Source: Peribolospora baueri (Eukaryota). From it: DNA of 52,332 bases. The stretch is taken from positions 124,001 to 176,332 of the forward strand of contig JAMDHS010000046.1 of assembly GCA_029717555.1 (NCBI GenBank), read 5' to 3'. Positions 11,661 through 24,113 of the stretch are shown piece after piece. Every line of letters starts with the position of its first letter. The stretch's first letter is position 1. A program made the translations under genes and the position numbers. The notes under the pieces were generated by a model that had not been told where the DNA came from, did no database searches, and saw only the letters and a program-made list of their open reading frames with translations.

Positions 11661-13468
11661 TCAGTCCTGCAACTCGTCCGCGCCGCCCCGGTACTGACCC
11701 CGCGCAGCCTCGCTGCACCACCTCGCCATCTGCACGAACCGAGCCTGCGCCCCCTTCCAGTCCCCCTTGGCCCATTTTTTCATCGCCGCCCCCTGCAGCG
11801 CCCGCCCGTAGGAGAAGGACAGGTTCCAAGGGTACTTGCGACGGTCCTGCGACGCCAGTACGTTTACCGCGTTCAGATACCACAGCGCCTTGGCGTCGGT
11901 GAGCCCGCCTGCGACGGCGATAGAGAGAGAGAGAGAGAGGATGAGGATCATCCTCGCGTCCTTCGCCCAGTCCTCCTCCTCACTCACCGCTCAGGAAGAC
12001 GACACACGGGATGGCAGGCGGCACGACTGGTCGCGTCGAGCGCAGCGGAAAGGTGCAAGACAGACAGGTTAGACTCGGTCCGTCGTCGGGTGGACGGACA
12101 AACACCTGGAAGCCTGGCCATGACCTCAGCCGCGTAGCAAGATAGAGATAATGATCCGCTCACCTTTGCTCAGCACGTGCAGCGTGGCCTCGGCGACGGC
12201 CTGCTCCGTCACCGTCGTCGCCTCCGCGTTCCTGTCCCCCGGCATCACGAACGACGCCTTGAGGACGCACCCGGCAAAGTCGACCTGGCGACATGACGCA
12301 CCCATCGGGGTTCGTCCCATACATGTCTGTCGCATCAGCCAAACGAACACGAACGCCACTCTCCGACTCCCCGTCTGTCTCTCGTCGTTACGGTCCGTCG
12401 GTCGGTCGATGCACGCACCTTGTTAAGCTCGAGCTTCTTGATCACCATCGCGTACGAGGCGATGTGCGCCTCGACGGAGCGTGCGAGCGTGTAGTCGCCC
12501 GTCATCAGCAGTTCTGCAGCCCCACCAAGGTTTTTTCGACATGAAGACGACGTCAGTCAGACCGAGGCCGGTACGGTACCTTACGTTACGCTCGACGACC
12601 ACGCTCCCCTTTCTTTCCTTCTCCCTCACTCACCCGGCTCCACGATCGGCACCAGCCCCTCGGACTGACTGATCGCCGCGAACCTCCCCAGCACCTCCGC
12701 ATTGTCCTCCCGAGCGAGCTCCGTCGGCGTCGTGTCGGAAATGACGTACTGCGCTCGCCACTTGGTGAACCTCGCCCCGCGCTCGTAGTACGCCCTCGAC
12801 CGCGCCTTCAGGTTGTCCAGCCCTTGCGTCGTCGTCTCTTCCGGCTCCGTACGCGGCAGCGGCTGCAGTCCCATATCCGTCTTCACCCCCGGTAGGATCT
12901 CCCGGTCGAGAAGGACGCGGATGAACGGCTTGCCCTGTCCGTCGACGACACGACACCACACGAAGCGACGCGACGAGACGACCGGCGCCAGTCATTCAGT
13001 CAGCTAATCTGTCCCTCCGTCATTCATTCAGACAGCCCTGCCTGCTTGCTTCAAGCATGCGAACCAGCGCACCCGCGCGCTCACCTTCCATTCCCCCATC
13101 TCGCTGCCGTGTTTCATCAGCGTCTCTTCGAACATGATCACCCCGCTGAGATATTTGTCGATCTATAGCCCAAGCGTCGCACCGAAAAAGCCGTCGGTCA
13201 GTCCGTCGGTCCATCGGTCAGTCAGCCAGTCATCTCCGCCACTCACATCGGGGCTGCTCAACAAAAGATCCCTCCAGGCCCTCCTGTTCTCCTCCGTGTT
13301 CTCCATCCCTACGCTTTCGAACCGCTTCTTGATCGACCCCAACGATTCGTCCGCCGCCAGCAACCCCTTACCCTCCCACGCGATGTGCCTCGCCGTGGCG
13401 TGCAGCTCGGCCGCGAAGGGGAGCGGGTGGGATGGCATAAAGTACTGGGGAACGTTGAGGGTGCCCAT
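11661..13468 (-). CDS. Class I (Schiff-base) fructose-bisphosphate aldolase, spliced
   Basis: [68 protein letters not shown] (Schiff-base Lys), a short exon [14 protein letters not shown], and [12 protein letters not shown]. The introns checked are GT-AG and in frame. Confidence 0.93.
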
Positions 13469-13954
13469 GGCTGTCGTTGTCAAAAAAAAAAAATTCCAAT
13501 CGACGGTTGCCGCTGGCTCTTCACCTTGTGCGTGAACCCCTCTGCCCTAGACGTTCGTGCTGTGCTTTAAGGGCGCTCTCGATTCCCCGCACTCTCCTTG
13601 ATCGCGCTCTTCCTGCTGACTGAGACGCGGGGCGGGATATGTCTCGCCACTCGTCAGCCAAGCTTCTACGCAGCGGCCGTACCGAGATGATGGTCTGTGA
13701 TAGGTTGAGCTAAATTCGCGCCCCGGACGGGGTGAGATGGAGCGAGACACGCTTTCAGAGCAAATGCAGTTAGTGAATTCAATTCGACGAGCAACCTCGA
13801 TCGCCGGACGACGACGAGACAGGGACGATAAACGAAGCAAGCGAGCAGGACATCGGAGAATACAATTCTGATACTAACACACTTATGTTTCTTAACTCGA
13901 GAGACAAGCAAGCAAAATAACGAAATATAGTAAGAGAGCAATAGCGCGTCACCT

Positions 13955-16900
13955 TCACAGCACGCTCCCGCCATCGCTTGAGGTGGAGCCAAGAATTTCA
14001 AAATCATCGTCACTGTCGACGATCTCGGCGTCCTCGAACGGATCCGAGCTCACGCCGGCGTCCGTGTCGTCGAGGGTCATGTCTGAGACCGCACTCCCGC
14101 CGTTCGACTGGCTTTGAACAACGGAGTAGGACTTTGACGAGTCCACCGACAGCACGTCGGACCCAGATCCCGAGAGCGTGTTCGCCGGCGTCGTCAAAGG
14201 CTCGGTCTGGCGCTTGACATCGGACGTGTCGATGGTGGGATATCGAATGGACGAGGCGGACAGTGACTCGTCCGACTTGCGCATCGTATCTTGTTCGTCC
14301 ACGACATTCACACTGGTTCGGGGAGCCAAATCGAGCGAATCAGCTCGTGGAAACCTCCATACGTGTCGGCGAGATCATCGTCACTCACTCGATCCAGAGC
14401 TGATGCCCGAAAGTCTTCGGATCGTCCGCCGTGCGCAGACGGAAGAAGCCGACGCTCCTACCCGGCACTGAGGGTACCACGAGGTCGTCCGCGCGAATCG
14501 TAACCTCTTCTCCAGGCAGAGCGGCGCCGACAGCAAAGCCGCCGTGGTCCTTCCGTAGACCAAATCTGTCACCGCCGACGTGGACGAGTCGGACGCCATC
14601 AGGCCAAGCGACGGCCGACGTATTCTTGATGACCCAAATCTTGTTGAAGTTACACCCTGCCACGACGGCCGCCTGTGAGGAGGGATAGAATGGGGACGTT
14701 CGTTCAGGAGGGGTACAATCGTGACAGATCGCGCATTGCACACTTACGCCGTCTGGAAGATTGACGTCGCGGACGAATGTCGCGGACAAGCAGTCACCGT
14801 TCGACGGTCCCCGCGTTTCAACGGTGGGGACACTGGAGGGCGAATCGGCCACCAGGTTGGGCGACGACGCCTCAGTATGCACCTCCGGCGTCTGCAGAGC
14901 CGGCGACGGCGACTTTGATTTGCTTGCGTCCTCGGTCGTCCCCCTCTCAGAGAGGAAGCAGCACAATTTGCCGTACAGGGCTGGACTCATATCGCGGTCT
15001 AGGTCGAATTCGACGGCCGCCTTCGACACTTCACGCTGGAGACAAAGTCGGGGCCGCAGGCGGTAAGAATTCGCGTCCGTCTGAAGTGTCTTTTAACTGC
15101 CGACTCACACTGTAGTTCTCGTCTGCTAGAATAAGCTCCACTGCTTGTCGGACTTTCTCAGGACGCAGGCTGAGTAGCTTGCCGGCCAATTCGCTCTTCT
15201 GTGCGAATGACACACTCGAACCTTGCGGCGCAGGCTCAGGTACCCATTCCAGTGAAACGTGAGTGGCGGCCTTGTCATCGGATGCCGGAGCAACCGCCTC
15301 GCCAGTCGCTGTGGCCGTGGTGGACTCCTTCTGTGCCTCTGGCCCCTTCACCACGATTGCCTTATCTGTGTTTCCATACGAAGGCGCCGCCGCAGGAACC
15401 ACATCATAACCGCAAATGTTGCGGCTTCGATTAACAGCAGCCGAGACGTTGGGGCGACTCTGGGGCTTATTGATCTTCAGGAAAATGTGCGACGGATCGT
15501 GGCTGTTGGACGGCGAAGCCTCGCAGCGGGCGCACAAATCGAAATCTGCAAAATGAAGGATCCGGAGATCAGTTGGCTCGCACTTGCGCGACGTCTGGGA
15601 AGGCCTACTGACCTGGGCAAGCCAGCGAAGTGCACTTGAACCTTGGGCCAACGATGGCCCCGTAGCAACCGTCGCAAAAAACATGGCTAATAGAGCAGAC
15701 GCAACACGAGATCAGGGCACGACAACATCAAGCGGAAGACCAGCGGTACCATACTCACGGATGCTTCACCATCAGTTGAGTGTTCACGTCCTCGGGACGA
15801 TTGATACGGTACCATGCATGACCCGGATGGGTCGACCCTACATTCTCGAAACACCTTGAGCATGCGTCGAAGTCGTGGCAGTGGAAGCCTGCCCAAGAAC
15901 AAGTCGAGCACCATTCCCCCATTTCAGCTGGTGCAATGGCTGATTGAGGGAGGATATGAAGATGACCGAAAACTTACACTTCCACCTGATACCATGAATG
16001 GTCAGCCCGCAAAAATCGCAAAATGCCGCATGTGTCGGTTCCTCATTTGGGGCTTGTGTAATAGCTGAGGGCACTTGGCTAACAAGCGGGGACGTTGCAG
16101 AATCGCACGGTGTCTGGGGCTTCGCCAGAGGATGGTCATACTTGGCGAAAACGTGCAGATGATCGTGAAAGTTGGCTCGCGAGTCGTAATGCTCCGAGCA
16201 CTGGTCGGTCAACATAAATTCAAGCGGTTAGACAACCGCTACAAACGTATAATCCAGCACACGACGGGAGAAAGCACTTACCAAATCATAATCTTTACAA
16301 TGAAGACACTTGAAGCGCCAGCCACGGATAGGAGAACCGCACGAAGGAGCATCGCAGAACACTCCAAGATAAGGGGCTCCTTCGTTGACCTTTTTAAGAG
16401 GCAAAGCGGGCATGGCGGCAGGAGGCCTCGCGTCTGCCTCAGTGGCGGGATATGACCCAGGCAATTGGAAGGCCGCGCGTCCATTGCAAGTCACTCCATT
16501 GGCCGCCGATGTAGGTGCTGCCTCGCGTCTCTCACGCACACTGCCGTACTTGACGGAGATGTCCACAAAGTCGCTACCCAGGTTGGCCGAGAGGGTGTTA
16601 TTGAGATTGACAAGGAAACCGTCAAGAATCTCGCGAATTTTGTCTCCGGTCAAGGGCTTAGCTGTCTCGGAAGCTGGTTTGGTGGCGACGCGGTCAGGTA
16701 ACGTGGTGCTGACGTGCGTGGGAGACTTCTGCCAGCCCTTTTTAACATCCTTGGTGACATTTGATGCGCCGTGACGTGCTACCTGCTTGTCTTCAATGCG
16801 CAGCTTCATAGACTTGTTACTCTCGATGCACTCTTGCAGCATCCGCTCGAAGACAGGGTCCCTGTCCGAATCTGGGGAGGGGGTGAAAAGGAGTTGCCAA

Positions 16901-17494
16901 AAGAGTGAGCTGGAATCACGCTCAGCATAAGAGTCTCTCTTATACCTCACAAGTAGATGCTGTCGTCCCCATATGCGACGGCTTCTTGAAGTAGACATCG
17001 ACGCTTCTGTCCATCGGGATGTGGAGATGCTCCTTCACCATCTCCTCGAGCCTACGACGGAACTCGGATATGGTGCGGTCCACAAAAATGTAGGGTAGGG
17101 CCCACGACCGATGCGGCGACGACTGTTTGGTGGAGTTGCGAGTCATATACTGGGCTTCGATGGAGAGCGTTGCCAGCGATCCCGTCATAGAGTTGGCTTG
17201 TAGATTGACGGGGTTCCTAGGGTCCTTGACCTTATAGACTTTTACAATCAGGCTTCCATCGGATAAAGACTCGAGGAAATCGGGAAAGCTACCGCCGAAG
17301 CGGGGAAAAATGGAGCTCCAGTACGGAAAGCGATTGTGGCGTGTTTCGACAAGGACGTCAGCATCGCCGCCGTTCCAATGTATTTCGTTCAAGATTTGTT
17401 TGTCGAAGTCGGCCTTGGTCAATTTGCAAGAGATCGAAACTTCCTGAATAATGGCGCCGGGGTAGCTCAGCACGACGCAGAGCACCGACGACAT
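13955..17494 (-). CDS. NBR1: NBR1-like selective autophagy receptor (PB1-like N-terminus, 3 ZZ zinc fingers, ET-like domain, FW domain, C-terminal AIM/LIR)
   Basis: ATG 17494. ZZ1 CDAPSC..KCLHCKDYDLCSEH, ZZ2 CDFC..WKCFHCHDFDACSRC, ZZ3 CDGC..FKCTSLACPDFDLCARC..HDPSH; FW domain ATFVRDVNLPDG..FNKIWVIKNTSAVAWP..FRLRT..FGHQLWIE; DDDFEIL near the C-terminus; no UBA domain seen. Confidence 0.85.
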
Positions 17495-17716
17495 CTTGGA
17501 CGCTGGCGAGGTGACGGGAGAAAAGCAAAATAGATCGAGACGGTGGCTGGCTTGTCTGGCGTCGGGCCTCGTCACCCCACAATCGGCGGCGTTTTGCGGC
17601 GATAGCGGCGATCGAGGCAACGCGACGCTCTCGATTGATGGCAGCGACGCACACAAACGGCACCATCATCCGTTTCACACCTTCCTCCGCGACCCGAGAT
17701 GGACGCACGACCCGAG

Positions 17717-20700
17717 ATGGATGGCGTCGACGGCTCGATGCCGCCGGCGGCCTCGCAGACCTTGCAGGCGAACGTCAACGGCGCCGGCGAGTACGTGCCT
17801 CGTCACATTTTCCTCAAGTTGGAAAAGGAGGAAATCCCTATCGACCTCAATGATCTTCCCGACATCGGCGATATTCTCCTCCTCATCGAGGAAGACAAGC
17901 CGCAAGTTGAGGGCCCGCTTCAGATCGCAGACGAGTATTGGGTGACTGGAAAGAGGGATCTGGCGGAGCAGCTTGTGAAGGCGGCCATTCGGGGTAAGAT
18001 GTCCTTCTGCTCGCTGAGCCGGCTGCGTCTTAGGCTGGCTAGGCGACTTTCACTGAAAAATACACCGCATCTGCATCTCATGGCTCTCTATGCACAGTCT
18101 ACGCTGCAAATCCTTCTCTGATTTTGCCCTTCCTTGCGTTGCAAGCTAGTTTCAATGTAGCCAAGGCCCGGACGGCGCCGAAAACTATCTTCAAGGAAGC
18201 GCGTGCGTCATCTTCTTACATCTTCCTCTCCCCGGTCGAGCAACTGTCCGCCTTGCGCGTTCCTCAACCTCCTCGCCCTTATGTCTTCTCGTTTGTTTGT
18301 AAAGGTCACAAGGTCCTCGAGGGCGAGCCCACGAAGAAACACTACCATCAGGAAGCCACTGCCTGTTACAACGGGGCCGACCGAATCGACCCCAGAAATG
18401 TGGTCACTCAGTTGGGCAAAGGTGTGGCGCTCGTTTGGAATCGGTTCACTGGCTAAATACCTCCTTTCATGCTCACGTTAAGCGGGCTATCCTGCATCAG
18501 GAATTTTGCATCTTGCTATGGGTGGCGCAGACCAAGCATTGAAGATCTTTGAAGCAATTCTCAAGCAACGGCCCACTAACATCCTTGCGCTAATGGGCAA
18601 GGTGAGACTTCAGTTGGACATGCATGACTTGAGATGTGTCCTCACTAACTTTCGGTATTGAACGTCGACTTCTGTTGTCTTTCACTGCGTGTGGACTAGG
18701 CGCGCATTTTGTTCTCGCGTTCGAAGTTCAAGGAGGCACTCGTTTTGTACCAGGCCGCACTCCGTCTTCTGCCTCCTCCTGGCTCATCGGAGTTTATTTC
18801 AGCGGAATGGGGCTCAAGAAGAGAAGCCCCGGACCCCCGAATTGGTATTGGCCTCTGTCTCGCCAACATGGGCCGACTTGAAGATGCCCGGCGTGCTTGG
18901 GAGCGCAGCCGTCAAATTGCGAGTAGTGCTGTTGTCCAAAGCTATATTCACGGCTTTTTCTTTCTCCATCGGTGTTGCTCATGCTGGTCGGTGGTTCGGT
19001 TTGATAGTTTCCCAACTCGTATGCGGCCTATCTCCTGCTCGGCCTTTTGGACCTCAACGCTTCCAAGGATCCTTCGTTGCCACGCGTCGTCCAAGCTGGC
19101 CATTATAGGGCCGGCATCGAGAATCTCCAGCGGGCTTGGAAGATCAACAATGCGAACGCAGCGGCAGCAAATGCTCTGGGCGAACATTTCATGAACAAGG
19201 GCGTATGGACGACCGCGCAAAAGCTTGCCGAGCACACGATTCAATACGCCGACACTCGTCTTGCCTTGGCTCACGGATACCTGTCTTTGGCAAGGACTTA
19301 CCATCGCTTAGGGGATCTTGCAACTGCGCAGCGACTCTACTCGACAGCCGCTGCAGTGGTCTCCACGGCTCCTGCTGGTCCCATCGGAGCCCTTGCAACG
19401 CTCGGTTGTGCGCAGATCGACATTCAAAAGGGCGAGACATTATCTGCTATGAACGCCTTGGACGACTTGTGGACTAAGTCGCGAGAGAGTATCGCAGAGG
19501 TTGGGACCATTCTGGCCTCTTTGCGAGCCAGAGGCCACGCTGGTGCCCGGAAGGAGGAAGCTATGGCAGACAGGGAAAAGGCCAGAGTCATCTTCGACCG
19601 TACGAGCAAGATGTTGTCCGCAATGGCTAGCTTCGAAGGCAGTGTCCGCCCCGATGTCGGCCCCAGCAGCGACATTCTCAAACTGATGCATGAGCCTCAA
19701 TCACTGATTGAGATGGGCAGGCTTTGGCACAACATCGACCTGGATCGCAGCCGAGACGCCTATCTCGCCGCCCTCGACGCTGTCCGCTCTGGAGCTTACT
19801 CTTCGACGACGGCATCGGACATTGCGAAGCTGTTGTCCAACATCGGGGCTGTCGAGCAACTGCTTGGACAGTCCGAGAGCGCACGTGCTCGCTATGAGGA
19901 AGCGATGACCGAGTTGGCTCAAGCAGCCATTTCAGTCGCGACGAGCTCGGAAACTAACTCCCACGACGCCCTCGTAACCATCATCACATACAACCTCGCC
20001 CGCGCGTACGAGGATGTCGATGATGCGGCCGCTGCCAAGCAAGCCTATGAGCGTCTCCTCAGCAGCCATCCCGAATACGCTGACGGTGAGTAACCAGAAA
20101 TTCCAATATCATTTTCCTTGGTTTTCTGATTGACGAAGTATTCTATCCGTTCCTTGTGACCGACAGCCAAGGCAAGGCTTGCTGCTCTAGCGCTCTCATT
20201 TAACCGCCAGAACGATGCACACGAGCTACTTAAGCAGGCCTTGACAGCTCAAAGCGCGAACCCGAATCTGCGAGCGTTCTACTCTCACTTCCTGGCTTCG
20301 AACAACTCCTGGGCAGTCCTCAAGGACTTTTGCGCCGCCACTCTCAAGGATGTGTCTAGCCATGACGTATACGCCCTTGTGGCATACGGATGGGCTTGCT
20401 ACAACGTGGGTCGAAATTCCAGACCACCCCCTGGATCTGGGCCGGCTGGTGAACAGTCGGCCGCGAAGGAGAAGAGCAGAAACTACTTGCGTGCTGCCGA
20501 GTTCTTCGAGAAGGCCCTGCAGTACGATCCCAAGTGCGCAGTCGCAGCGCAAGGGATCGCCATCTTGATTGCGGAAGACGCTATGTCCATCGCCGCCGCT
20601 GGCGGGGGTTCTGCCGCTGTTATGGCAGCGAGTCAAGATGCATCTACGCGGGCACGAAACGCGCGTGATGCGATCACGGTCTTGGGCAGAGTCAGGGAGA

Positions 20701-22108
20701 CCTTAACCGATGGGAGCGTTTTCATCAATCTCGGACATTGCTTCTACAATCGCGAAGAGTATGACCGTGCCATCGAGAACGTGAGTTTGTTCGGTTGTGT
20801 TTTAGCACCTGGGCAGGGACTAGCTGTTGACGTCTGTTGTTCTTCCGCTAGTATGGGCTCGCTTCCAAACGATTCTACAACGGACAGAACGTATCTGTCT
20901 TGCAGTACCTGGCGAGAACCTGGTTCGCCCGTGCCAACCGCGAACATAGCTATCCTGCGTTGAAAACGGCGCTGAGGTTTTGTCAACAAGTGAGAGAAAC
21001 ACCAATTTTCGGTTTCGTTTCCAACATTGGATGTCAATATCTCTCATGCAATCGCTCGCTTTCTGTTTGGCCCCATAGGCTCTATATCTTCAGCCGCAAG
21101 ATCGGGGCATGCTCTTCAACGTTGCGCTTATTCAACAGAAGATGCTTGAATTATTGTTCTCATTGCCTCCTCCCAAACGCAAGCTTTCCGACATGCAAGC
21201 CGTCATTGAAAGTGCTATGCATTCGCAAAAGTAAGCTCGTCTGGGGGGTTGACTTCGGTCATCCACATTTTCCTGTTGACGTGTCCCGACATTCCCTGCT
21301 AACTGTTCGTTTCTGACATGGTTTCCTGTGCCTCTCCCGCTCGCCCGCTCATGTCCGCAGACTGTTCACGACCCTGGCGTCAGATAAAACTGCCACGCCA
21401 GCGCTTGGGTACAGTGCCGAGGTGGCCGACCAACGCCGTCGTTATGGCGAAACGCTACTCAAGCGTTCTAGCGCTGAGGTAGAAAAACAGGAGAAGCACG
21501 AAGTCGAAGAGTCAGCACGACTTGAGGCCGCTCGCCGCAAACGGCAAGAGGACATGGACAGGCAAGAGGCGGAGAAGCGGAGGAAGCAAGAGGAATATGC
21601 TGCGAAAGCTGAAGCGCTTCGCAAGCAGAGGGAGGAGCAGAAGAAGGAAGCTATGGAGTTGATGAAGGCGCAACAGGAACGACTTCAGATGGAGGAGGAG
21701 GAAGAACGGAGAAAGAAGGAACTTCGGGGCGAGGGAAAACAAGCGAAGGGCAAGGGCTCACGTCGCAAGAAGGTCCAAAAAGAAGACGACGAGGAGGATG
21801 CCTTACCCAACGACAGCTCCGAGGGCTCCGAAGAGGCCGCGTTCAGCAGCGATGGGGGCGCTACTTCCAGCAAGAAGCGCAAAAAGTTGAGGCGGGTAGT
21901 CAACACCGACAGCGAGGGAGAAGGCGCATCCGACGGCGGTGTGACGAAGAAGCCGAAGAGGGTGAGATGCCTACCGAGGTCGTCCTCGTACCCTTGGCAG
22001 CCGTTGGTTGACTCCTGTTCCTTTTCTTCGCCTACACAGCGGATTGTGCGTGAGAGCAAGAAGAAGTACAAGTCTGCAGAGACTATTGAGTCGTCCGAAG
22101 AAGAGTAA
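17717..22108 (+). CDS. CTR9: Paf1 complex TPR subunit Ctr9, spliced
   Basis: N-terminal IPIDLNDLP, PDPRIGIGLC, TPR-like repeats, YERLLSSHPEYADA, FFEKALQYDPKCAVAAQGIAI, VLGRVRETLTDGSVFINLGH, ADQRRRYGETL, and a charged C-terminal tail ending KYKSAETIESSEEE. Confidence 0.88.
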
Positions 22109-22213
22109 TGAGATGGACTGTGCCTGTCCTGCGGTTTCTGGGCCCTCACTGTCAAATGTTCGTTTGCCTGCCGATACTAGTGTACACGAGATAGTTACTT
22201 CAACCGGGATATG

Positions 22214-23812
22214 TCAAGTCCAACCGGCGCCGTCTGAGCTGCCCCATCCATTTTGTGGCGCGTACGGATTCGGGCCGCCCCCGTCGAATCTTTGGTTCGC
22301 ACCATAATCCATGCCAGGACGGAAACCGTTGGAGTCGTTGGCTGGCCCGTTCCCAACATAGCCATTCGGTGCAAAACCGTCGGGCTCGGGCTCGTGGGTC
22401 GTGCCACCGGTCTCCTCCTTCAAATGCAGAAGGACGGCGCCGACTCGATCGGAGAGTAAGTCGAGTCCCTGACACATGACGTTAGGAAGGCGCAGAAGTA
22501 CAAATGAACGATAAGCTCACAAAAAAAAGGGGGAAGAAAGTGGGAGAAAGACGCTCACCGATATGACCACCTCTTCGGGCGCCATACTGCCGACGGTTTC
22601 TACCTCGAAGTAAAACTTGTCCGCCTTCTTTTGGTAATCGAACGGCGCGTCTTCAGGCGGAGGCTCCTCATACTGAGCGTTCTTGCTCAAAGGCCATTCC
22701 GATTTAACGTCGGTCTCGAACCAGTACGATGTGTGTCGCAGTGCGTTGTGCGGATCGTATTCGAACGCTACTGCTGAGCACGGAGACCATTTGGCATGTT
22801 CTTTCGCAAAGCCCTGTAGAAGCAGCAACAACAGGAACAATCATATCGTCAGAGAACGATCAAAATGCCTTGAAAGGGTAGGGACACGCACTTTCCTCGC
22901 AATGCACTTCAACTTCAACTCCTGCCCCTTCCGAAGCTTGGCGATAAGGACACCGGGAGGAAGTTCTCCAGCTCCGTCTCGGTCTGACTCGGCTATATAC
23001 ACACAGAAGTCAAGATAGGAAGGTAACAATCGTCAGGCGGACGTAGGGGCGATGCTGACAATGCTGACCAAGCACCGATGGGAACTCACCAGTACCGACG
23101 GGGAGACCAAAATTGGGATGTTTGCTCTGCAACGGCTCCTCGCCATCCATCTCCTCAAGACCGCTGGCGGGCTCCCCAGCGGTTGCCGACCGGATGAGAT
23201 TTTTGCTGGTGACCTCCATAGTCCCCGGGCCAGTACAGCGTGCTTCCAGTGTCAGCTCTACCGAGCAGTTGTCGCAATGAGATTCACAGAAGCAGTCCTA
23301 TGCATGGATACGGAAAGTGTCAGCCCAATCATTCGAGCCATCCAAGGAGGAAGGAACAACATGGAAACTGTGCATCCAAAGTCAAAAGGCTAGCTCACTC
23401 GGTTGTCTCGCAACACTTTACTCGTCTCCATGCTGTATAGCGGCACCATGCCCAGTCGATGGGCTATGAATTCATCTGGGAGAACGGTAGTGTTTGAAGC
23501 GATCTCGACCATGTCGATGGCTAGGAAGAATGGAAGCAAAGGAGACACAAGGAGAGCTGGTCAACCCTTTGTAAACAGTCCACACCCCGGAGGCCCTCAG
23601 CTGCCTCACCTATGGTCGGAATATCTGCCATCATGATCCTGCGGAGCGAATTGGCAAATCTAACCGACCCACAAAGACGAGGTCTCAAATAAGTTAAGCC
23701 GGCACGGATTGGGGAAAACTTGAACGGCAACTACTTACGCCAGGTCCACGCCCTCCAGGATGAAGTCGGCCTTATCCTGGGTAAGCTGCCGGACAGTCAC
23801 TCGCGGCTCCAT
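22214..23812 (-). CDS. RPB3: RNA polymerase II subunit Rpb3, spliced
   Basis: [104 protein letters not shown]. Confidence 0.95.
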
Positions 23813-24113
23813 GATGCGCAGACGCGAGCTGGGTCAGCGTGGCAGCTTGCGAGCTGAGTTGTCAGTTTGGAAAGTAGATGATGACGAGCGACTGAAGGAA
23901 GGATAGAAAGAAGTGACATCTCGACGAGGCTACGGCTGAAAGGGTGGCGATCACTGCCGCAGTATTCCACGAAGTCGTGACTGTCTTCCTTAAAAGTTGC
24001 CCAGTCATCGATCGCTACGCTTTCGATCTCCTTTCTTACCAACTCTCTACCCCCTGTTATTAGCTTCTCTGTCGAGGCTAGTAGATATTGGGATCCGACC
24101 GAAAGGATAGACA

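Noticed and set aside
11988..12026. Suspected frameshift or missing VPGVVFLSGG segment in the aldolase
   Set aside because: The segment is present as a short in-frame exon ([14 protein letters not shown]); the gene is intact.
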